From contig CBDDPY010000002.1 in the NCBI GenBank assembly GCA_965232515.1, positions 6,208,001 through 6,272,000 of the forward strand: a DNA stretch of 64,000 nt. The letters are read 5' to 3'. The notes beneath the pieces were generated by a model, which worked only from the letters and a program-made list of their open reading frames with translations, was not told the origin of the DNA and made no database searches. Both the position numbers and the translations under genes were made by a program. Within the stretch, counting starts at the first letter, position 1. Each line of letters opens with the position of its first letter. This DNA is from Alphaproteobacteria bacterium (lineage in GTDB: Bacteria > Pseudomonadota > Alphaproteobacteria > GCA-2731375). Shown piece by piece: positions 20,360 to 28,575 of this stretch.

Positions 20360-21130
20360 TCAGACCAAGGCAATGGCCGAAATCAGCCGGCCGTAGTCGT
20401 CCTCGCCGGCGTGGGTGGCGCGCCGGTAGCTGAAGCAGCGATCGGCCTCGGCATAGGTGTCGACGTCCAGCCGTTCGACGGCGGCGATTCCAGCCCGCGC
20501 CAGACGTTGGACCACGTAGCCAGGCAGATCGAAGCGGAAATGCGCCGGTCGGTCCGAGACAACAAAGAACCCGTCATTGGCTTCGTCGGCGGCGAGGAAC
20601 GCGTCGCGGAATTCGGGCCCGACCTCGTAGGAAGCTTGGGCGATGCAGGGGCCGAGCGCGGCTTCGATCCGCTCGATCCTTGCGCCGAGGCCGCACATGG
20701 CGTCGACCGTTGCTTCGACAATGCCATTCAGCGAGCCGCGCCAGCCGGCATGCGCCGCGCCGATGACGCCGGCCTCAGGGTCGGCGAACAGGACCGGTCC
20801 GCAATCAGCCGTGAGCACGCCGATAGCGATGCCCGGCGTGCGGCAGACCATCGCGTCGGCGCGCGGCGCCGCGGCCGGCTCCCAGCCGGCAGCGACAGTC
20901 GCGACCTCGGCGCTGTGGACCTGATGCACCGTGTTCAGCGCCTGCCTGTCGACAGCGAGTGTCCGGGCAACACGGGACCGGTTCTCGGCCACATCGTCGG
21001 TCCGGTCGCGCGAGCCGAAACCGCAATTCAGCGAGGCGTAAACGCCCCCGGACACGCCGCCCTGGCGGGTGAAGAAGCCGTGTCGGATGCCGGCGGCATC
21101 CAGGTTCCTGGCGACAATCGGCTCGGTCAT
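20360..21130 (-). CDS. pgeF: Peptidoglycan editing factor PgeF (YfiH)
   Basis: HGFFTRQGGVS, QVHS, TADC, HAGWRG and FSYRR motifs. Confidence 0.93.
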   Translation of the reverse strand: MTEPIVARNLDAAGIRHGFFTRQGGVSGGVYASLNCGFGSRDRTDDVAENRSRVARTLAVDRQALNTVHQVHSAEVATVAAGWEPAAAPRADAMVCRTPGIAIGVLTADCGPVLFADPEAGVIGAAHAGWRGSLNGIVEATVDAMCGLGARIERIEAALGPCIAQASYEVGPEFRDAFLAADEANDGFFVVSDRPAHFRFDLPGYVVQRLARAGIAAVERLDVDTYAEADRCFSYRRATHAGEDDYGRLISAIALV

Positions 21131-22212
21131 GCCATCTCGTCCTCGAATCCAGCCGGCGCCGGCATGTCTTTCGACGTGACCGCCAGAACCTTGAACAACG
21201 CGCCCATCTGCCCGGCACCGGTCAACCGCGCCGTCGCCGTCTCGATCGCGGCGGCCTGCGCCGGCGTCGCCTTGGCGCTCAACGTCGCGGCGCGCGCGGC
21301 GATGCCGAGGCGTTCCAGGAACCGGCCCTGCGGCACCGGCCCGTGGGCGGCGGCGCCCGCGCTGGTCGCCGCCTCGGCAAGCGCCTGAAAGTCGACATGG
21401 CTGGTGATGTCGGCCGTGCCGGGCGCCTGCAGCACCGGATGGCGGGCGTGTCCCTTCACGGCCTGCAAGGTATCGCCCGGCGCCGTGCGCACGTAGCCGT
21501 AGTCGACGACCAGCGCGAGGCCGCCGGCCGCGGCGATGCGCGCGGCGATCTCGGCCATAACGGACGCGCGGGCGGGCGAAGCCTCGACAATGCTGTCGGG
21601 GGGCGCCTGACGGACGGCGGGCGGCAGCGCGCTATCGGCGATGGGCTGTGGCGACAGCACGTAGGCGAGGCCGCTCGGGCCGACGTTGATGAGGCGTTCG
21701 TGCCACCGGTTCTTGTGCCGCTGAAACTGCCGTATCGGCAGGGCGTCGAAGAACTCGTTGGCGATCAGCAGCAACGGGGCGTCGGGCAGCTCGGCGATGT
21801 CGGCGTGCCAGGTGACGTCGACGCCGGCAAGCGTATCGCGCTGGCGTTCGCGAAGCGCCGGACTGACCTCGACCAGCCGAATATCGGCCGCGTCCAGGAA
21901 GCCCGGAACACCCCGGCAGGCCCGCACGGCGTCGGCCATGAGGGTGCCGCGGCCGGGGCCGAGCTCGACCAGCAGAAACGCCGACGGCCGACCGAGCTGC
22001 TGCCAGCCGTGCGCGCACCACAGACCGATCAGCTCGCCGAACATCTGGCTGATCTCGGGCGCGGTGACGAAATCGCCGTCTTGGCCGAAGGGATCGCGGT
22101 TGGCGTAATAGCCGAGGGTTGGATGGGTCAGCGCCTCGGCCATGAAGCGCGATACCGGCATCGGTCCGTCGACCGCGACCAGGCGACGAAGATGGTCGGC
22201 GAGCGCGCTCAT
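21127..22212 (-). CDS. SAM-dependent methyltransferase, MidA/NDUFAF7 family
   Basis: GDFVTAPEISQMFGE, ELGPGRG, NEFFDALP, DYG and DITSHVDF motifs. Confidence 0.92.
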   Translation of the reverse strand: MSALADHLRRLVAVDGPMPVSRFMAEALTHPTLGYYANRDPFGQDGDFVTAPEISQMFGELIGLWCAHGWQQLGRPSAFLLVELGPGRGTLMADAVRACRGVPGFLDAADIRLVEVSPALRERQRDTLAGVDVTWHADIAELPDAPLLLIANEFFDALPIRQFQRHKNRWHERLINVGPSGLAYVLSPQPIADSALPPAVRQAPPDSIVEASPARASVMAEIAARIAAAGGLALVVDYGYVRTAPGDTLQAVKGHARHPVLQAPGTADITSHVDFQALAEAATSAGAAAHGPVPQGRFLERLGIAARAATLSAKATPAQAAAIETATARLTGAGQMGALFKVLAVTSKDMPAPAGFEDEMA

Positions 22213-23030
22213 GAGGTTGTCGGCGGCGATGTCCGGGCGCGCCAGATCAAGTAGAGGCCCAGCATTAGCATGGGGATCGACAATAGCTGGCCCATGGTGC
22301 TGCCGCCGGCCAGCAGGCCGATATGCGCGTCGGGCTCGCGCAGGAGCTCGACGGTGCCGCGCGCCAGACCATAGCCGAGCAGAAAGACGCCGGTGGCAAA
22401 ACCCGGTCGTTCAAAGATCCGTCGCCGTTGCACCAGCCAGAACAGCAGCAGGAACAGCACAAGGCCTTCCAGCGCCGCCTCGTAGAGCTGGCTCGGGTGA
22501 CGCGGCAGGGGACCTCCGTTGGGAAACACCATGGCCCAGGGGACGTCTGTCGTCCGGCCGTAAAGCTCGCCATTGATGAAATTGGCGATGCGCCCGAAGA
22601 ACAGGCCGATCGGCGTCGCCGCGGCGATCATGTCGGCCAACGACAACAACGGAATCTTGCGCTGACGTGCGAACAGCAGGATGACAACGACAACGCCCAG
22701 CAAGCCGCCGTGAAACGCCATGCCGCCGCGCCAGATCGCGAACACCTCAAGGGGGTGCGCCAGATAGTAGGCCGGGTTGTAGAACAGCACCGAGCCGATC
22801 CGGCCGCCCAGGATGACGCCGATCGTCACCCAGAACAGCAGGTCGTCGACATCCTTGCGCTGCATCAGCGCGCCTGGCCGCCGATTGAGCCAGACCACGT
22901 AACGCCAGCCGCCGAACAGGCCGGCGATATAGGCGAGCGCGTACCAGCGGATCGCCACCGGGCCGATCTGCAGCAGCACGGGGTCGATGGCTGGATAAGG
23001 AAGAACGGGCAGGGTCGTCAGGCTGATCAT
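22209..23030 (-). CDS. lgt: Prolipoprotein diacylglyceryl transferase
   Basis: IRWYALAY, GGMAFHGG, GRIANFINGEL and HPSQLYE motifs; start moved to 23030. Confidence 0.96.
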   Translation of the reverse strand: MISLTTLPVLPYPAIDPVLLQIGPVAIRWYALAYIAGLFGGWRYVVWLNRRPGALMQRKDVDDLLFWVTIGVILGGRIGSVLFYNPAYYLAHPLEVFAIWRGGMAFHGGLLGVVVVILLFARQRKIPLLSLADMIAAATPIGLFFGRIANFINGELYGRTTDVPWAMVFPNGGPLPRHPSQLYEAALEGLVLFLLLFWLVQRRRIFERPGFATGVFLLGYGLARGTVELLREPDAHIGLLAGGSTMGQLLSIPMLMLGLYLIWRARTSPPTTS

Positions 23031-23160
23031 ACTCGACCGTCTCGGCGGATGCGCAGGATATAGCCGCCGTGCCGGCGGCTCGCAAGCAACGCAGATCGGC
23101 GGCCGCCATTGCCTGATGTCCGGCGGCGGGCCATATTGCCTGCGAAGGGAGTACAACGTG

Positions 23161-23475
23161 ATGGTTCCAAACCGCCGCCGCCTCGACGATATCGCCAAAA
23201 TCGCAACCAGCGCCGTCGGAATCCTGCAGGGCGCCGGTCGGGAGGCCGAGGGTCTGATGCGGATCCGCATGGAGCGGCTGCTCGACCGCATGGATCTGGT
23301 GACGCGCGACGAATTCGACGCGGTGAAAGCGATGGCGGTCGCCGCGCGGGAGGAGAATGCCGCCCTGAAGGAGCGGATCGCGGCGTTGGAAGCGGCCGCC
23401 AGGCCGGCGGCGCAACGCGCTGCCCGAGCCAAGTCGACGACCAAAGCGAAGCCGCGCGGCAAATCGACGAAATAG
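23161..23475 (+). CDS. ubiK: Accessory factor UbiK (BMFP) family protein
   Basis: LDDIAK...MDLVTRDEFDAVKAMA...AREEN coiled coil; divergent from lgt. Confidence 0.85.
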   Translation: MVPNRRRLDDIAKIATSAVGILQGAGREAEGLMRIRMERLLDRMDLVTRDEFDAVKAMAVAAREENAALKERIAALEAAARPAAQRAARAKSTTKAKPRGKSTK

Positions 23476-23478
23476 CCG

Positions 23479-24552
23479 TCAGCCGAAATGACCCATATAG
23501 GCCTTGCGCACCAGGTGGGGCAGCAGGAGACGGAGCGGCATGCGCAGCGCATGCGCCCGGACATAGAGCAGCCAGCGGGCGAGGCCGCTGAACCCGTCGT
23601 CGCAGGTCGGGTGATTCGGTCTGAGGCCGCGGTCGAAGAGAAAATCCATCAATGCCGATAGCGGCCGCGATGGCGCGCCGGCGCGCGATGCGTCGATGAC
23701 GTCGTCGGGGATCGGCGTGCCCAACACGTTGCGGGCATAGCGCAGCGCGTAGAAAAGCGGTCGGGACAGCTCGAGTTCGATCGCGCGGGGCACCAAACTG
23801 TCCCAGAACCGGACATCCGTTCCAAAATGAGAAAGCAAGGCGTCGAGGTCGCCGAGATCGCGCAGGCCCTTGTCGAACTCGCCCTCATGGAACAGATGGG
23901 TCGCCGCGTGAATGACCATGTCGGCCGGCGCCAGGGTGAACAGACCGTCGTGCGCTGGAATTGGCTGGGCGGCGGCCAACAGCTTTTGCGGGTCGGGATG
24001 GTAGGGTGCCGTCTCGGGCAATATCGTGTGGTGCACGTCCAGGTAGGTCTTGCGCTTGTAGTGCCGCAGCGGCGGCAGTTCGTGCATCCAGGTCCTGTAA
24101 TAGCGGCTGTCGTAGTCGCTGATCGGTCCGCTGGACCATCCCTTCAATGACAATTGACGTTCGACCGCGTCCAGTGATGTCTTGGGCACCAGGATGTCGA
24201 CGTCGAAGAAGATCCGACCGGCCGCCGGCGGCAATTGGGCCATGGTGTAGGCGGCGCCCTTCAACAGCACGATCGGCAGATCGAGGGGCGCGAGGGCGGC
24301 CTTGATCTGAGCCACTTCCCAGGCGACATCGATGGCCAGCCGGTCGGCGAACAGGCGGTTCGATTCGAGGTGGGCCAATGGCCGGTCCGGGACGCTGTCC
24401 AGCAGGTCCTGGTCCCGCAGGGCCAGGTAGAGCCGTGACAGCATGGCGGACTTGCGCGCCTGCCGGATCAGCCGATCCCACTCGCGACCGGTCAGATCGG
24501 CGGCGTCCAAGGGCTGGCGCAACGCGGCAGTCAGCGCGGGAACGGCGGTCAT
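23479..24552 (-). CDS. Uncharacterised nucleotidyltransferase (NTP_transf_5-like) of the HprK-related cassette
   Basis: LLKGAAY...GRIFFDVDILV (DxD), DVHH and LRDLGDL motifs; ATGA overlap with the kinase gene. Confidence 0.85.
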   Translation of the reverse strand: MTAVPALTAALRQPLDAADLTGREWDRLIRQARKSAMLSRLYLALRDQDLLDSVPDRPLAHLESNRLFADRLAIDVAWEVAQIKAALAPLDLPIVLLKGAAYTMAQLPPAAGRIFFDVDILVPKTSLDAVERQLSLKGWSSGPISDYDSRYYRTWMHELPPLRHYKRKTYLDVHHTILPETAPYHPDPQKLLAAAQPIPAHDGLFTLAPADMVIHAATHLFHEGEFDKGLRDLGDLDALLSHFGTDVRFWDSLVPRAIELELSRPLFYALRYARNVLGTPIPDDVIDASRAGAPSRPLSALMDFLFDRGLRPNHPTCDDGFSGLARWLLYVRAHALRMPLRLLLPHLVRKAYMGHFG

Positions 24553-25484
24553 GCCGACATTCGCGGCCTGGCCGCGGCGGGTGGTGTCAGAGCGTCAAAC
24601 ATGGCGATGGCGTCGTCCAGGTCGCCATAGCTGTATTCCATGCAGCTACAGCGGTCGACAAAGCCGGTCAGCGCGGCAAAGCCGGCCGCACCCAGCACAT
24701 TGGCGTTAAAGGCGCCGCCACTGAGGCGCAGCACCGATTGTCCTTTGCTGATGGGGGTCAACGCCGGCGACGCGCCGGCCGTGAATGTCGGGAAGATCAG
24801 CCAGGCCGGCGTCGCCGGTTCGGCCCAGCGCGCGACGCTATCGGTCGGCGGCTTCACATGCGCGACTGTGCCCTTGTTGGTATCGCGGGTCTCCGGGCCA
24901 ATGACAGCTTGCGGCGCGAACTGGCGCATCACGCCGATGGATTCGTTTTTCAGGCTGACCGGCCGCGGCATCGGCGACAGGCTGGCGCCGTCGTGCGCGA
25001 TCAGGCCCAGTTCGTCGGAGAACAGCCGCCAGCCACGGTTGATCAAGGCCGCGCAGAGCGTGCTCTTGCCCGAACCCGACGCGCCGGGCAGTACGGCGGC
25101 GAAGCCGTTGCGCTCGACCACGGCGGCATGCAAGACGAGGTGCTGATGCAGATGGGCGTGGGTCGCCCAGTTCAGTCCCCATTCCAGGACCGGGAACGCC
25201 TGGTTGCTGGACAATGGCGTGAACGGCACATGGCCGTCGAGATCGAAGATGACCAGCGGTCGTAGCCAGCGCCGCAGCAGCGACGGAGATCTGAGCCGGA
25301 CGTGAAAATCGACAAAGGCGTCGTCCGGTGCGATCGCATAGTCCCGGTAGAGCACGGCAATGCCGTCGACCAGTCCGTTCATTTGCGAGCGCACGCGGAC
25401 CGTGAGCGGCCCGATCCGCCAGGCCAGCCCGTCGCCGCGAAGGCGGCGGCGAATTTCGCTCTCGGTGAGGTCGGCGATCTTCAC
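24549..25484 (-). CDS. HprK-related kinase A
   Basis: LEWGLNW, LHAAVVE, Walker A GASGSGKST, WRLFSDE and PRPVSLKN motifs. Probable GTG start at 25484, just after the PqqD stop. Confidence 0.88.
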   Translation of the reverse strand: MKIADLTESEIRRRLRGDGLAWRIGPLTVRVRSQMNGLVDGIAVLYRDYAIAPDDAFVDFHVRLRSPSLLRRWLRPLVIFDLDGHVPFTPLSSNQAFPVLEWGLNWATHAHLHQHLVLHAAVVERNGFAAVLPGASGSGKSTLCAALINRGWRLFSDELGLIAHDGASLSPMPRPVSLKNESIGVMRQFAPQAVIGPETRDTNKGTVAHVKPPTDSVARWAEPATPAWLIFPTFTAGASPALTPISKGQSVLRLSGGAFNANVLGAAGFAALTGFVDRCSCMEYSYGDLDDAIAMFDALTPPAAARPRMSA

Positions 25485-25485
25485 G

Positions 25486-25782
25486 TCAGCTTCCGTCTGG
25501 CTCGACGAGGCCAAGCTTGTGAAACTCATCGATCAAGACCGCCAGATGGGCGGCCAAGTCAGGATCCGGCGGTAGGTTCAAGTCCGCGGCGACCTGTCGC
25601 GTCAGGCTGTCGACATCGGCGGGCGATTGCTGCAAGGCGCGGATCGCCGCCGCCTCGACGGGACCCAAGAGATGCGTATCGCCGGAGCCGTCGTGATAGG
25701 CGACGGACTCGTCACCCCAGCCACGCAGCTGGACGGAGAATTCGCGGGGCATGCGCCATCGAGAGTGCGACTGCGTGACCAT
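25486..25782 (-). CDS. Stand-alone PqqD/RRE-family protein (HPr-rel-A system type)
   Basis: About 98 aa; W.DE.V.Y...SGDTHLL beta strands followed by helices ending in F.KLGLVE. Directly upstream of the kinase. Confidence 0.82.
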   Translation of the reverse strand: MVTQSHSRWRMPREFSVQLRGWGDESVAYHDGSGDTHLLGPVEAAAIRALQQSPADVDSLTRQVAADLNLPPDPDLAAHLAVLIDEFHKLGLVEPDGS

Positions 25783-25911
25783 GGCCGGGAACGATCGGTT
25801 GTCGTTGGTCCCGCGCAAGCATCACGCAAGCCGGGATGATGGGTCAATCCCGGCCGTTTGTCGCAGGCAAAGGCGAAGAAATGGTAACGCGGCGGCCGGC
25901 CGCGGCATGTA

Positions 25912-26568
25912 TCAGCTGTAGTAGTTGCCGTGGCTGTCAAGCGGGCAATACTGGTTGTTGTAGTAGTCGAACTCGTTTTTGACTTCTTCCATGACGTCGG
26001 CAGTGTTGCTTTGGTAAGCCTGCACGAACTTGCTGATCACCGTCAGCACATCGAGATCGAATTTCACGTCGCAGGCCGCATTCTGCAACGCGGCGACCGC
26101 CTGCCTGCCGAGGTTGGGAAGCTGGCGGCTGCAGTTGCCATCGCAATTGGCCGGGATCACTGGATCGCAATCACCCCGGATCACCTCTTCCAGGGTCGCG
26201 CCAACCTGGCTGTTCTTGGCGTTGAAGGCCTGGATCAGGAAGATTTCCAAGAACTCCTTGTCGGGCCCGTATTGAGGGTGCCAGAGGTGCGTATGCTTCT
26301 TCCAGAAGCCCTTGCTGCAGCCCTCACCCTCACAATCGACGATTTCGGACATGTTCTCCGAGGCCATCGCCGACTCAGAACAACCGCCGGCCCAGGCCGG
26401 TCGGCCATACTGGGTCAAAATAACGGGGGCACCGATCAGGCCACCCTTGAGCAGCCGTCGCCGTGTGGCGCCGCCGGACTCGCTGGCCTGGGGGGTATCG
26501 GCGGCCTGGTCCGCGAGATTAGCGGAGTTATCGGCGCCGTTCTTGCCGTGCGATTTCATCTTGTCCAT
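25912..26568 (-). CDS. Hypothetical Cys-rich protein with twin-arginine/leader-like N-terminus
   Basis: RRRLLKGGLIGAPVILT...PAWA, then a Ser-rich CSESAMASENMS, GCSKGFWK and RQAVAALQNA; 8 Cys; ends in YYS. Confidence 0.8.
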   Translation of the reverse strand: MDKMKSHGKNGADNSANLADQAADTPQASESGGATRRRLLKGGLIGAPVILTQYGRPAWAGGCSESAMASENMSEIVDCEGEGCSKGFWKKHTHLWHPQYGPDKEFLEIFLIQAFNAKNSQVGATLEEVIRGDCDPVIPANCDGNCSRQLPNLGRQAVAALQNAACDVKFDLDVLTVISKFVQAYQSNTADVMEEVKNEFDYYNNQYCPLDSHGNYYS

Positions 26569-26782
26569 GACCCAGATACACCTGTCACTGTCCAGTCCGC
26601 CCTGCTCAACCGGCTGAACGCTAACAATGCGTCGCTTTACCGGCGAAACCTCTCCCTACGGACGGTCACCCGCTCGCTGGCGCCGAACATGACAACTGGA
26701 AGCAATCCCGTCGTATCCCCCGCGACGTGATTTCCCAGTTTGGCACGAACAACGGCCGCCCGAAGGCTCTCACCATCATACA

Positions 26783-26799
26783 AGCAAAATTCGGGCCAG
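26783..26799 (-). promoter_or_regulatory. Sigma54 (-24/-12) promoter driving the cassette
   Basis: Minus strand reads CTGGCCCGAATTTTGCT, i.e. TGGC-N7-TTGC with exact GG-N10-GC spacing. Confidence 0.8.
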
Positions 26800-26824
26800 G
26801 GGAGTCCAAACCAATAGGATGGGT

Positions 26825-26837
26825 TTTCAATGGTTTA
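26825..26837. promoter_or_regulatory. Putative IHF site
   Basis: TTTCAATGGTTTA has one mismatch to WATCAANNNNTTR and lies between the enhancer boxes and the sigma54 site. Confidence 0.5.
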
Positions 26838-26869
26838 ACGTCCCTTGCCCGGCCGGGGTTCTCCGATTC

Positions 26870-26906
26870 TGTAAAGAAACCCGACATAATGTAAGAAATC
26901 CCGACA
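26870..26906. promoter_or_regulatory. Tandem 17-bp TGT-N11-ACA enhancer boxes (bEBP binding sites)
   Basis: TGTAAAGAAACCCGACA (26870-26886) and TGTAAGAAATCCCGACA (26890-26906), 20 bp apart and about 70-110 bp upstream of the -24 element. Confidence 0.75.
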
Positions 26907-27244
26907 CTTAGCATCTGGCATTAACCATAAACGTGATTTCCGACGTACATGGCTGGCTCCGTTCGCGCTTCCTGTCGAGCACTGAACGTTACCTAACATA
27001 GAAACATGTCATAACGGTTTCTTTGTTCCCAGTGACTAGCATGAGAGCAGATGGTGTCCGGGGGTTGTGGGAGCGGCAAAACGCTTGCGCGCGGCTCGGG
27101 CTTCGTGGCACGTTAGCTTTTATGGTGTTCGAGATGGTGCTCAGCCACAAGATGTGGTCGATCAATCGGGTCCCTCGATTTTCCCCCATGGAATACCTGC
27201 GCCCAGACAACGCAATTCTGTTCCGCCGCTGAGGAGCGCTGGCA

Positions 27245-27748
27245 ATGCCGACGACCGAATTCGAAGAACCGACCGATATCGACAACCCGCTGGACGTCGT
27301 TGAGCAGATCGTGTCCGCGAACCAATGGCCGTTCGATCGCCAGGGCGAGGAAGAGCTTTCGGTCTCCATTGCCGGCAGCTGGTGCGACTACCATCTCGGC
27401 TTTTCGTTTCCGCAAGGGCAGGGCGCCATGCAGATCGCCTGTGCCTACGATCTGCGTGTGCCGCAACGGAAGCGCGAGGAGATCTACTCGTTGCTGGCCA
27501 TGGTGAACGAGCGCATGTGGCTCGGTCACTTCGACCTGTGGTCCGAGGAGGGCGTGCCGATGTTCCGGCACACCGTGCTGGTGCGCGGCGGGCCGGCGCT
27601 GACGCCGACGCAGCTCGAGGAAATGATCGAGGTGTCGATCGGCGAATGCGAGCGGTTCTATCCGGCCTTCCAGTTCGTGCTTTGGGGCGGCAAGGCGCCG
27701 GACGAAGCGATCGAGGCGTCGATGCTGGAAACCGTCGGCGAGGCCTGA
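27245..27748 (+). CDS. YbjN domain protein
   Basis: NPLDVVE...WPF...GSWCDY...NE.MWLGHFDLW...CERFYPAFQ...ETVGEA; upstream of proC. Confidence 0.85.
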   Translation: MPTTEFEEPTDIDNPLDVVEQIVSANQWPFDRQGEEELSVSIAGSWCDYHLGFSFPQGQGAMQIACAYDLRVPQRKREEIYSLLAMVNERMWLGHFDLWSEEGVPMFRHTVLVRGGPALTPTQLEEMIEVSIGECERFYPAFQFVLWGGKAPDEAIEASMLETVGEA

Positions 27749-27750
27749 CC

Positions 27751-28575
27751 ATGACGGGCGCCATCGCCGGGCCGCTGCTGCTGGTCGGTTGCGGCAAGAT
27801 GGGCGGGGCGCTGTTGCAAGGCTGGCTACGGCAGGGCGCGGATCCCGCCGATATCCTGGTCGTCGAGCCCATGGCCGATCCGCACCGCGTGCTGGCCGCG
27901 CCCGGCGTGAAGATGCTGGCCGAGCCAGAGCAGTTGCCGGCCGATTTCGAACCCGCCGTGGTGGTTCTGGCGGTGAAGCCGCAGACGATGGATGACGTGG
28001 CGGCGCACTACGGCCGGTTTGCCCAGCCGAACACGGTCTTCATGTCGATCGCCGCGGGCACCAAGATCGCTTACTTCGAACAGCATTTCGGCGATGATGC
28101 CGCCATCGTGCGGGTGATGCCGAATACGCCGGCTGCGGTCGAGCGCGGCATGTCGGTGCTATGCGCGAACGCCCGGGTGTCGGCCGCGCAGCGCGAGACC
28201 TGCACCGGTTTGATGGCGGCCGTCGGCGAGACGGCCTGGATCGAGGACGAGGCGCTGATGGACGCGGTCACGGCGGTCAGCGGCTCCGGCCCGGCCTACG
28301 TGTTCCTGCTGATCGAGTGCCTGGCGCAGGCCGGGGTCGAGGCCGGATTGTCCGTAGAGCTGGCGGCCCAGCTCGCGGCGGCGACGGTGTCCGGCGCCGG
28401 CGAACTGGCGCGGCAATCGGCGGAGACGCCGAGCCAGCTACGCGTCAACGTCACCAGCCCGGGCGGCACCACCCAGGCGGCGCTCGAAGTGCTGATGGCG
28501 GATGACGGCTTGGCGCCGCTGCTGCGGCGCGCCGTCGACGCCGCCGCCCGCCGCAGTCGCGAGCTCGGCAGCTAG
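27751..28575 (+). CDS. proC: Pyrroline-5-carboxylate reductase
   Basis: GCGKMG, AVKPQ, RVMPNTP, SGSGPAY and TSPGGTT motifs. Confidence 0.96.
   Translation: MTGAIAGPLLLVGCGKMGGALLQGWLRQGADPADILVVEPMADPHRVLAAPGVKMLAEPEQLPADFEPAVVVLAVKPQTMDDVAAHYGRFAQPNTVFMSIAAGTKIAYFEQHFGDDAAIVRVMPNTPAAVERGMSVLCANARVSAAQRETCTGLMAAVGETAWIEDEALMDAVTAVSGSGPAYVFLLIECLAQAGVEAGLSVELAAQLAAATVSGAGELARQSAETPSQLRVNVTSPGGTTQAALEVLMADDGLAPLLRRAVDAAARRSRELGS

Noticed and set aside
23479-26568. Lasso peptide or PQQ biosynthetic cluster
   Set aside because: No asparagine-synthetase-like cyclase, B2 peptidase, short precursor or pqqBCE genes are in the window.
26739-26757. Plus-strand TTTGGCACGAACAACGG as a sigma54 promoter (also TGGCACGTTAGCTTT near 27106)
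   Set aside because: Both have a good -24 element but no GC at -12. The minus-strand site at 26783-26799 fits fully.
26666-27369. Short ORFs in the spacer between the cassette and ybjN
   Set aside because: They run across promoter elements or antisense to ybjN and have atypical composition with no RBS support.
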